Of a DNA stretch of 63,961 nucleotides, positions 25,901 through 37,443 are shown one piece after another. Origin of the DNA: Oculina patagonica (taxonomy: Eukaryota). The stretch spans positions 7,812,040 to 7,876,000 of the forward strand of contig NC_135764.1 of assembly GCF_052425735.1 (NCBI RefSeq), read 5' to 3'. The notes under the pieces are model-generated. The model was not told the origin of the DNA, did no database searches, and saw nothing but the letters and a program-made list of their open reading frames with translations. Both the position numbers and the translations under genes were made by a program. The first letter of the stretch is position 1. The number at the start of each line of letters is the position of its first letter.

Positions 25901-28900
25901 TATTTGCCTCGGTGCAATTAGAGGCGAGATTGTATGATAGCTGGATGAGTGGTATATTGAACGTCTCGTCAACAATTGAGCCTATATTTATCGCAACACA
26001 CAATTATCCTAGATATGCTGGTGTCTACTGATTACATCAAAGGTAAAGAGCTAATCACGGAATAATATGATATTGGTAATTCTTATAGGAGCTCAATGAG
26101 AAATTTACAAAAGAAATGTATTTCTAAATATCTATCAACAATAAGACGTGCTGACTTTAACGATAAACCCTTCTTAAACATCCGCTACTTGACGAGTTTC
26201 TTTACTCTCAAAACTTGTTTGCATGACAGTTTGCATGGCAGTTAGGGGCTCATCACGAAAAGAAACCAAGAATAATTCGTGGTCAATTAAACGATGAACA
26301 CTTCTAAAACATCCGTTACTTGCTGAGTTTCTTCTTCACTCTCGAAACTTGTTCACATGACAGTTTCCTGACATTATAGGGAGAATTTAGATATTGATTT
26401 GTTTTAAGATATAAGGTGAAACTTACTTGGTGGATGAGGAAGGGGTTCTATTATTTGCACATTGCCCACATCCCCACCGTGCGGTTTCATCGTTTTCATT
26501 GTTTGCACCATTGTAGTCCATGTCGCTTCAAATCCCTCACTTCCCGTTCCAACCGAGTAATAGCGCATCCGCATCTTGCTCTTAGAACCAATTACCACCA
26601 TCGGTGCAGACTCGCAGTACCGTCCCAGTAGAGGAGAGTCGGCTGATTCCCCGTCCCTCAATTCCACATACTCAGAATCACAGTTCTCACTGAACGCCAA
26701 TTTAAATTCGTTGAAACCAATCGCAATTATGTTTCCATCGTAAACTGACAAAACCCACACGCAATCCACGGGATCGAACGAGGAGATGGGGTAATAAGGT
26801 GAGAAGATATCACTACTTGGACGCATGTGTTTTCCTCCACACTCTAAAAATTAAACAATACTGATCAGTTAGAAATGTTGTCGGCATGCTTACGCCTTTT
26901 TAAGAACGAAACCTTTATATGGTTTTACTTTTCTCTCTCAATAAGAGCAAAAACCAAAACCAAAGTAATTACTCTGACTAATTACAAGGGACACTTACAA
27001 TTCAGTAAACCAATCAAAACTCGAAGTAATTACATGTAAAGGTCACTAAGTGCGCGATGAGCGTAGTAATGCAAAACCAAAGTAAAAGCAATTAAGTTAC
27101 CTTCGATATTCAAGTGAAAACCGCTCTAAAACATAAAGCCAAATGTTTACCCTGCAAGTCTAAGTTTTTTTAAGAAAAAAAAAAAAATCACCGTAATGAG
27201 CATTGTCTACGTCAGAGTAATTTGACTTAAAAATTCATAGTTACTACCGGGAGACTCGGTATAACAACGTGCTTACTTTTGTCAAAACACGGAGCCTGCA
27301 AGCAGAGGCTTTACGATTATGTTTCCACACTTGAATCCGCGATAACGAGTATGCGAGCTTGAAAACAACAACAACAACGTACCAACACGACACTTGGCTA
27401 GCAGTAATTTTGTACACCTTCTGGCTGCGTTTATCTCGCTGATACGCTGTTTAAATTAGTGTTAGACAAAGTGAAATCTTGTTTTTTGACCTCATCCCAA
27501 CCCATGCAATATCACTGGGAAGCTTACCTTAAAGGAACGCAAAAAGTACCCACAGTAAACGTACAAACATTCACGGCATTTGAAAAAACATTCCAAGCTT
27601 ATTTAAAAATAAGCCAGATAAGTTATTTTTTAGTTTTTAAGAGTAGATTTTACCAATTCCTGTTTTTCTTTGATTATTCAATTCTAACATTTAAAGCATG
27701 ATTGCCGTTATTGTTGTACTCACCTGTTACGTTTGTCGATGGCTGTTTAGGAGAAGGCGATGGAGATGGCGTACCATCAATAATGGCCGGCTGGGCATAC
27801 CAGTAGACTTCAAATCCTTTCTTGGTTTTGGTCGTATCCGACTTAAACACAACGGTCATTATATTGGTCTTAGAGTCCACAAGGCTTCTGCTTGAGTTGC
27901 CACAAAATGTCCCAAGGGCAGTTGGAGAGGACGGAGTGCCGTCCATAACAAGCAAAAAATCATACTGGCAGCTTGTGCTTTTCTCTAACTGAAAGTCTAT
28001 AAATTCTAAGCGTATTCTGTATTGCGGTGGTAGCTGGATAACCCACTGACACAACACGTCTACCGGATAGTTCTCTGGATAATTCGGGCTCTGTATAACA
28101 CCAGACATCTTGGTAAATGTGCCACCACAAGCTGCAGGAAACAATAAGAAACAAACATGAACCAGTGTTTCTGCTGACTATCCCATACGAAAATCCATTT
28201 CTCAGGGCAGTAAGCAGCCACTAAGCAGCATTAGCCCAGTGTTGGCGTTTACGTTGTGTTAACTGTTTTATTTTACTTATATCGTCTGAACCATTGTTTC
28301 CTTTATCATTTTACTTCTGTCGGAAAACTACCACGGCCATTCTACCCTCGTACTTACATGAACAGCAAACACCACTAACGCGCTTCTCCACTACTAAGGA
28401 CATTATCTCTTTGAACTAGGAATATCGTAGTAGAGGTGCGCCATGTGACTTATTTTAACCAATCAGTGCGATAGAGAGTTTCTTGATTGATTATTACTAA
28501 AGGCCTTCCCAGGGAGGCGCCAGGGAAACTGTGAACCCAAATTTATCTAAGGAAACTACACATTGTGGTTAAAAATTATCGACACAAAGATCCGCAGTAG
28601 ATTAAAGAACGTGACTTAGAAAAAGATTTGTATACTGAATTTACGGAAATGGGAAATTTTCAATCCTTGGGGGTTTGGAGGTAACACAGTAGACGAAGGA
28701 AAAAGATGGGGAAGTTTTTTTAATTCGCAAGATATTTCTAAGTGAAAGTTATGTTTTGCATTGCAAACCGGGAGAAATGAGCTTTCGAGGGCAGTTATAA
28801 AATTGTAGGGGCGAATTGCGTATTTACATGAGGGCTTCATTTTCTGATAGGACAGTGTCCCCTAGTTCTTTACTGTACAAACTCGAACAAACTCGGTTCC

Positions 28901-31900
28901 TACTACAGGGCTGTAAAATCAGATTGTTCACAGAATTCAGTTTACCTGTGTTTCCATCGGGTGAGGGCGGAGGCCCAGGTGGCGGGGCCTGCCGTTTATA
29001 GGTTTCCCATTTAAGCGAAAATCCGCGCTTGGGAGTGAGCCCATCGGAGTAAAACTTTATGTACACAGCATTTCCGGAGGATTTGACAGTAGAAGGAACC
29101 ACGTCACCACAGAATTTGCCAAGCAAAGGCATTTGTGGTCCATCGCCATCTCTGACTTCCAAGTAGTCATAGCGGCAGCTAGAGTGTTTCTCGAGCTCAA
29201 ATTCTCGAAACTGTAGTTCGATGTTTTTATCGTCAGGTGCCAAAATGATCCAGGTACATTCCTTGTTTAACGGATACTGGTTTGGGTAACCTGGGCTTGT
29301 TATTTCACCATTTTCGTCATTTAAGACACCTCCACATTCTGAGAATAAAAAACGAGAAACAATTGTTACATCATTTTACTTGACAATTGGACTACGAGCA
29401 CGAGTTTTCTATGAGCGAGTAGTCAAATTGTTTTAGTAGAAACTCTTAAACGACTGCAGTCCAAAACCTACAATTTTACGTACTTTAAGCCAAAAATGAA
29501 GAAAAATTAATCTTTAAATGAGCAACGAGCGGGCGATCGTGTTCAATCAGCGATTATTAAATAACTCGGATACTACGCGCGCGATGATTGGTCAAATTGG
29601 TCAAAAAAAACCTATGTACTAATTGTACCGGCAAACTCCCGTTTCCCGACAATGGCCGTACTTCGCTCGACCACGCGTAAGAACGAAAAATTAACGTTAG
29701 TTTAATGTCTTCTTTAGGTATATCTGATGGTTAAAAGAGGGGATATGATTCTCGTAAATGATCATTATGAAAATTTACTGAGGCTGGATCACAAAAATGA
29801 ATTTTCACGTCCACCACAGTTGGACAGAAAACGCAGAGACAAACATATGAGAAGGAACACAATTAACAGGCCCGCTTTCACCGTGACCGGACTTATTTGA
29901 AAGGAAAAAAAACTGCATCAAATGGTTGCGATGAAAGATTTTTTTTGAATTAAGCTTATTTTGATACGCTGAGTCCTTGTGCGCGCTTGAAACGAAATAA
30001 ATAAATTCATAACAAATTTCTAAAGCAGAGTTTGTGGAACTTAAAAACGACAGTCTAGGCAAAAATCTAATCAGGAGAGCGTACACTCACTTCAGTCAAC
30101 AGTATTAAAGATAAAAATATGAGGCTAACAGTGCTTACCTTTTATTGGCTGTGTGGTGGGAGTCCGGGTGGTAGAAGCTCGGGTAGTTGGCATTGTGGGA
30201 GTACTATGTGATATCCTTCTCCATGTAGCTCGAAATCCCTTTTCACTGACTGTTCCATCGGATACAAGCCTTATGAAGAGTGAGTTTCCAGTTGAGTTTA
30301 TGGGTGAAAAAATTGTACTCGCACAATATTTTCCAAAGAGTGGCGAGTGGCGAGTACTGCCTTGTCTGATTTCCACAAAGTCATAGCGACAAACGCCGTT
30401 ATTTTCTAAGTGGAAGTCGTGAAATGTCAGTTGAATAGTGTCTCCAGGAGCCGTGACTATGGTCCACATGCATTCGCTGTTGACAGGGTATGATTTGGGG
30501 TAATTCGGCGACGTAAATTCTTGACCGTCACCAGTCATATGGCCACCACATCCTAAAAAAAATTACAAATACTTACGCAAAACAGCAACACTAACAAACA
30601 CACATGACAGTTGCGGAAAGACAGTTCGCACGATCACGCATCTGAAATTGTATAACAAGCATATGATTATTGCCTTGTGCCTTGCAAGGAGGAGTAAACT
30701 TTGTTTGTCTGCGGCATTGGCAGGCTAACAAAACCGGTAGTTATCCGTTTTAAGTTATTTTACTACGGCAGTTGGCTAACTCTTGTTTCACAGTACGATT
30801 TTCACAGAAATTTGCGTTTCCTTTCCACTTTAATAGTTTAAAAGTTTTGAGAAGAGCTGCTGTTTTCGCCGAGTGAGTTCAGAGTTGTATTTTTTGTTTC
30901 TTATCTGCAAACGTTTTTCTTTCATCTTTCCTTGATGAACTTTGCTTGAATGATTTTTGCTTATTTTCATTCGCCAACTCAGCTGACCAGCTGTTTCGAG
31001 TTCTCCCATTCACTTTCGCGAGTATATCTATGTCCTTTGAAATCAGTAATAGTATATCGAGCTGATGAAATAGTTAGTAATGGCACAGTAACAGTCAATG
31101 TGTTTTTCCAGCAGAAACCTAACCACCTTTGCACTTAAATAAAGTTTTTTATTCATTCAAACAACAAACCTTCTGGAACAACAGGTGGAGGTAGCGTCTT
31201 TCTAGTCGCTGGTGTGGTGACGGCATACTTTTCCGCCCTCCAGGTTGCCTTAAAACCCATTTTTGTTGTAGACGAATCTGATCGGAAACCAATCCACATA
31301 TAATTGCTGGTGGAAGTAATGGTGGCTGGTCTGCTTGTGCCGCAAAATTTCCCAATCATCGGGCTTTTAGACGACGAACCATCACGTATAATGACGTAAT
31401 CGTACTGGCAAACAGAGTTGTCTTCAAGGGCAAACGCTTCAAAAGTAAGCACAACTTTATCACCCTTTTGTGTTTCTATAACCCAAGCACAAACTTTATC
31501 CACTGGGTAGTCGAGAGGATAGTTTGGTGTCTGTATGGTCCCGCTTCCGCCTTTCATAAGTCCACCACAGTCATCTGAAAGAGATATGAGTACACGCATC
31601 CGTTTAGTGTAGACCTTAGCATATGTCAAGGTATATTTACGTTTACATAAAAATAAGGAAATAGGAGAGTGTTGGCAGAAGCTATATTGCCGAATGTATA
31701 TAAAGAATGGAAAACTCAAGGATTTTGCTAAACAAAGCACTTTTCGTATGACCAGTGTCAGAATATCACGGGCAGTTCTGTCCTCGCGCTCATAGCTTTG
31801 ACAAAGAATGAGACTTTACGAGACCAATACTTGTTGCTAAATATTGTATCCCAAGTTTCAACTTTACAATAGTTTATTGGGCAGGTTAATCTCGAGTTGT

Positions 31901-34743
31901 TTAACATTTGGCAAAAAGAAGTGGTAACGATTTTGAAGGGTGACCGTTCTTATGCGTTCTTTGCGGATTTTCTCGAGGACAGTATGCTGAGAATGCAACA
32001 AAAATTTGCCCGCAAAACTGGTCGAAAGTTTGACAAAGAGCGCAAAATGAAATTATGACAAAGGAGAGAAAGAAAATCAACTAATCCTTTGACAAAAGCG
32101 TAATTAATAGGGGAAACAATACACGAGAAAGGCAGCTGGGGGCTAAAAAGAACAATGGAAAGGCAATTAAAACAAAGTCATTAAGATTCAAATAATTGAT
32201 TGCATTCTGCCATTCTCGCGATATCTAACAACGACAATAAGCCACTGTTTGTGAATACGTACGATTCACATCTGTGTCAACACTGTCGAACGAAGATTGT
32301 GTCAAAAACACTTACGAAAGACATTTTGTATGCGCAGTGAGACGCCGAGCACATCTTTGAATGTAAAAGTGATTCAAGCAATGTTCTAAAGTTGTTTTAA
32401 CTAGATGGATACAAAACAAAGAAAGGTCGAAGTGCAGAAAAGTTTTAAATACTTCTTGGCATGTTTATTGGCTAGCGAAGGCTTGTGAAATAAAGTGTTG
32501 TCCTTTCCCACGTCTGTTGTAGGCTACGAAAACACTTGACGTTATAGAACATCCTAAACACAATTTCGTGGGCAGGGGCTCAGCTAAGCCCTAAACAAAA
32601 TAACACGATGAACTGGCGTAAACAACTTGCCATTCTTACTCTAACGAAAAGACTGTACTAGAGTCTCTGGGATGAGTTACTCGTGGTTAACCTAGTTTTA
32701 AATTATCTTCTAAGGGCTCTGCCGTAAGCAAAGGAAAACAGATCAGAATTTTGTTTGCGAATATTTTGAAGAGATTACATTTTTTAAATAACCCCACCGA
32801 GAGGTCACCACATTTAAATCGACCGTGTTCAAGATTTTCTAATCCTCGTGTAACCATTTTTGTTCTAGTCGGTTCGATAAACTATGATAAGCTTTTAAAT
32901 AAATGAAATATAAAATCCCTTTTCACTTTGTCACGTACTGTTCAAATTAATTGCTCAAATACGCTAATTGATTCTATGTTGGTCTTTTACCGCACCATTT
33001 AAGGGCTTAACACTATAACAATTTTTGAAATAAACAAGATTTTAGCGGTCGTAATTAATTATATTGACATAAAGACGGTGCACATGTTGAAAATCACGAG
33101 AAAGAAAGTAAAACGGACGATGCACGAGAAAAGCAGGAGGGTTTAAACACGCCTCAAAACGTTTCACTGGTAGTCTCTGCAAATTCGTCCGGGGGGATAC
33201 CCTAGGGAATTTAGGGTGGCAGAGTGCCCCGAGATACTATCCCTATTTTGTATCAACATACATGATTTCCGTACTAAATTTTAAACCTGAAAGCTCGCTT
33301 CCGCTTGTGTTATACACCTGAAGCGGTATCTATTAGCCCTTAACCTAATCAGTGATATGTGATGTTATCAGTGATGTTACGTCTCTCTCTCCCTTTTTCT
33401 TTTGAAGATCAATACCCCAAGTTATGGGTAAGATAAAAAATAAACGTGCACACGGCCCCACTGTTCCCTGTAGCTAAACTTGAACCATTCAGATGTCACA
33501 AACGTAAGATTTATAATCTTATTTCAAGCAATTTCAAACTTATAGCCACCTTGGCGCAGAACATATTAATAAATCTTGTATAGAGGAGTACCCTCCCCCG
33601 GGCTTTTTTGGAACAATCTACAAAGACAGAAACCTAGCCCATTCGTTTCCGAAGGAGCGGACGATCAATTTTTTTAGTACTTCCAGCGAAAAAGGGATTG
33701 TTCCGACCTCAAGAGCAATCGCATAACCGCAAAACGCCAAGCATCGATGTGAAACAAATCGAACCCGTCAATCAGTGAACATTATCACGCTAATGTATCA
33801 CGCCTCCGCCACAGACAGCCTGCTCTCTTTACAGCAGCTAGCACATTCTATTAACACCTTCTCGCAGGTTTGCGTTCCCACTTCATCGCCATGGATATTT
33901 TATTGACTTTTACTAACGTGATGATTTGACTAAATGGATGCTAATTAAGTGTTGAAAACTACTCACCTACGAGCTGTGCTTCAGCACCTGATAAGAGATA
34001 AATCAGACGATATTGATGTTAGTGTCAAATCAGGAAATTGCATGCGTAAGATGTTCCTTTAACGGGCATTTAATATTCACGAAGAGAAACGTGACGGCTA
34101 AGTGAGCCGAGTTCTTTGTTGATATTTGAATTTGATTCACGATTAACGCGGCGATCGACACGAAGCGAGTGCGAAGTTTTTCACTCGTGACAAAGACATC
34201 GACTGTAAATTTGACAAATCAATTACCTCCTACTTGTTATTCGATTGTTGACTGACATTAAGCGCTCGAGAGAGCAAGATATGAGCAGAAGTTTCTTTGC
34301 AGATATGATGCAAGATACTTCAAAACGAAACGAAAGCTCTTAAAGTGGAGACGAATCAACAACTTTCTATAACTAAATACAGCCGAAGAGCATTTGTCGA
34401 GTCTTTGTTTGGGATTTGAACAAAGATTTTTACTTTGGCTAACTTTTGAACACACATCTGTCCAGTATTTTGGTCTTCGGGAAAGTTTGTGAATACTTTC
34501 CATTTGTACTAATTAGAAGAAACAAACGACGATTAAAATATTCGTAAAGCAATTACTAAAGAGACGTGCATCTCGAGGTACCGGTGCCGCATAACTTATG
34601 CCCAAAGTTTCAACAAAATTATTGTTAAAGGTAAAATCTAAACAACTTAACTTCTCTAAAAGGAAGAGGAATGACTTACCTAGCCAGATCAGCACCAAGA
34701 CACAATTGACAAGCAGGAATAAAAGAGAAAATGTTCGCAACAT
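19980..34743 (-). CDS. Secreted multidomain protein: SP + 5 CUB + 2 F5/8 type C (discoidin) + CUB + catalytically inactive trypsin-like domain, about 1407 aa, 14 exons
   Basis: Phase-consistent GT-AG exons: 34743-34680 (signal peptide), 33987-33967, 31574-31170, 30552-30139, 29338-28946, 28131-27724, 26843-26427 (CUB1-5), 25453-25128 + 24222-24081 and 23897-23545 + 23111-22970 (F5/8C x2, ending RMELYGC / RTELYGC), 22138-21758 (CUB6), 21222-21042 (WPWQV...[17 protein letters not shown]), 20556-19980 ([16 protein letters not shown]). Total 4224 nt. Confidence 0.9.
22502..22920. mobile_element. pogo/Tc1-type MITE in an intron
   Basis: 24-bp TIR cagtaaaaacccacgagtaagaac ... gttcttactcgcgggtttttactg, followed by TA. 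Confidence 0.75.
24454..24850. mobile_element. pogo-type MITE (TACAGTCGAAGCTCTC end) in an intron
   Basis: Starts tacagtcgaagctctcgttagcggacaccctcgg and has repeated gtgtccgc/cttacg subterminal motifs. It matches the reverse complement of 48105-48165. The right boundary is uncertain. Confidence 0.6.
26943..27127. mobile_element. Interspersed MITE-like repeat, related to 61914-62151
   Basis: aaaaccaaaaccaaagtaattactctgac...caagtgaaaaccgctcta. The reverse-complement motifs tagagtgattttcacttg and agagtaatcactttgcttttggtttc occur at 61914-62151. Confidence 0.55.
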
Positions 34744-37443
34744 GTTCCCAGAAGCCAGTGGAATTCAAGAAACACTGAAGGAATGCTAGGAGTGAATCCG
34801 TCTGTGTTGAGTGCTCAGGTGTTACAACATTTATGCAGATGCGCATTGAAGCACGGATTTCATAAGAGGCTTTGAGGTCACTCTGGTATTTTCACATATA
34901 TTAATCAGCCGGAACGTTTCAATGACCTTCTAGCACGAATGCGCCGTCTAACCAATCACAGCATTGGCTGCATAAAAGCAATTCTCTTAAAAGTAACAGA
35001 CACTCGTAGTCATCGTAATTTACATAAGAACACACACTGTCCACACAAGCGGAACTGCCCCGTATTTGCCGTCGGGAATATTTACCGACGTCTTCCAAAT
35101 GTCACTCTGTGATCGAATTGCGTTGTTTTCTGAGTTCTCCTCTTCTGTTTAAAATAATTCTACTACGGTAGCACTCATAATAAGGATTGGTGGGTGCCAA
35201 ACTGAAACATGCATAGCATTGCATCGAGTTTGAGCATCAAGTACATTTTATCTTGCCAGGAGAGATGTTTACTTTCTTTTTTAAAAAATACGAGATTTAT
35301 GAAACGAAAAACAACAACAAAGGCGCGACAGGAAGCTCTTTGTTTTTCTAGCAGAATTAGTAGACTTACGGCATCTTTCAAACGGATCGCCTCGAAGCTT
35401 ACAATTAGATTATGAACGATTTAAAATAAGTTTCTTAGACTTCTAACAACGAAAAGTATTTCTATAAATGAAAAGAACGAATCAAAAAGTAAAGAATGAC
35501 CACAATGTTCCAGCTTAAGACATGAAAGTATTTTCAAAAAGCTTTTAAAAACTCACATGGTCAGGGATCAGTTTTGCCATCAAACCTTATGAAACTCTTT
35601 TCAACTTCACAACTTGAAGAAAACGCTCCCTTCTCCCCAATTTAGTGCCGTGACGAGACTTTGTTATACTCATATTATTTGACCTGCTTATCGTATTTCC
35701 AAAATACAATTTTGTTTCTTTCTTCGCGTTAGCAGTAAATTTCACGTGGATAGCCTCAACTGACAAGGCAAAGTTTAACCACTGATATTAGACTACCAGA
35801 CGTATACAGAGTTAACGATCGCTCTATAAACTTAAAATCGCAAACAAAGTTAACAAGCTGGTTGACACACTGGCTGAAATATCATATGGACTGAGATGCA
35901 AGAGTTAACATGCCAGACGTTTTCTTTAAAATGAACTCAAGGACCAAGGAAACTGAATACTTGCACGTCAGGGTACTAGATTCCACACATAGCTATGATA
36001 ATCAAACTGAAGTTATACAAGTAACAAGAACAAAATGTACCGCACCTTTTGCAACGACGCGCCTGTGATTTCGTCACTTCAACTGGGTGGCCACAATTGC
36101 CACAAAATCTTGCGAGAGGCAGTCACAATAATGGGTGGGGTAAGAGAACGATATGAGAGCGAGGACTGATTTCCGGTGATAAGTGGTGCTTGTGTTTTGA
36201 GGTTTTGCGTATCGCATAAGAAACGACAAACAAGGGTTGTTAACAAACCGTGCAGTAAATCCTTTTGGACATAACAGAACTTACAGCTGAGTTGTGTTAA
36301 ATTATCAGATTTCACAGTGTTGCAAAATTTATTGCACGAAGGTATAAGGTATGAAACCAGTCTGGCTGGTAGAGAATCGAAAAAAAAAACACCCACGCAG
36401 CGCAGAGCCGAGCGAGAAGCTGGTGGGAGGAAGTAGTACCTAACCGCAACTCTTGCAATTTTTATAAAATGGACATTAAAATTCTCCATACTGTCTTTAC
36501 AGAAGAATTATACCCTTCTGGTGGTATTTGCTGGAATTAGTGCCTTTTTCTCGTACCGACTTTGATATTTTCACAATAGCAGTGACTTGAAAATTAAAAT
36601 ACTAGCCAGTCTAAAATGGATAATCCTAGTGAAAAAAATCTAGAGTGGTTTTAGAAACCAGAAAATATCATAAGCTAAGAAAATGAGATTATAAACCCAA
36701 GCATATAGCATACTCAATTAGCGACTTGTTGGCAGAGCCTCAAAATTCCTTTGTGAAATCATTTATATGGATAAGGAAAAGTTAACTTATCGTGAAAGAC
36801 TTCCATTTATGTTTAATTTGGTTGATTTCAATGGTACACTAGTCTCGACGAATAGGATAAAAACCGTATTCGTCGAGAAACTACCAGATTTATGAACGCG
36901 GAAGTAGATATACAATATATACTAATGTCGTAACAGTAACTTGAAAAATTGTTAAGTTTAAGAGAGGTGCACGTGGCGCCAAGATTTTATTTAGGATTCG
37001 GCTGAGATGGATTAAAGGCAAGATTATTCTTTAACCCCGTCATGCCAGTGGTTTACTGGTTAAGTAAAGTAACAGATAAATTTTGTATCAAAGGATTCTC
37101 AACTTAATTTATTATCCATATAAAGTTTCTTCTCTTTTCTATTTACTTCAACAAAAATCTCGCCAAATCAATCATAACAGACTGGCATCAAAACCAATAA
37201 GAACGCAGTATAGCGCGCACTAAAACGTGCCAAGTAATTGAATTGATACTAAGACATTGTAAAACAATGGAACGCGACGATGTCAGCTTATAAGATTTTA
37301 CAGAAGTAATCGCACGTTGCCAGACGCGTGCGTTAATCGTGTTGCCAAACGACTGAACTTTTCCGCAATTATTTTGTTACAGTGCAATTCAACCCTACCG
37401 CCTCATGATCTGATACTGTATATGAAATGCCATGAAGTGTCTT

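Noticed and set aside
21270-26366. Short imperfect intronic duplications (21270-21525; 26170-26232 with 26300-26366)
   Set aside because: Ordinary local duplications with no splice or coding signal.
33189-33602. MITE related to the 55445-57 family termini
   Set aside because: Only short degenerate ccgggggg/cccccgg ends and no TSD, so it is too weak to call.
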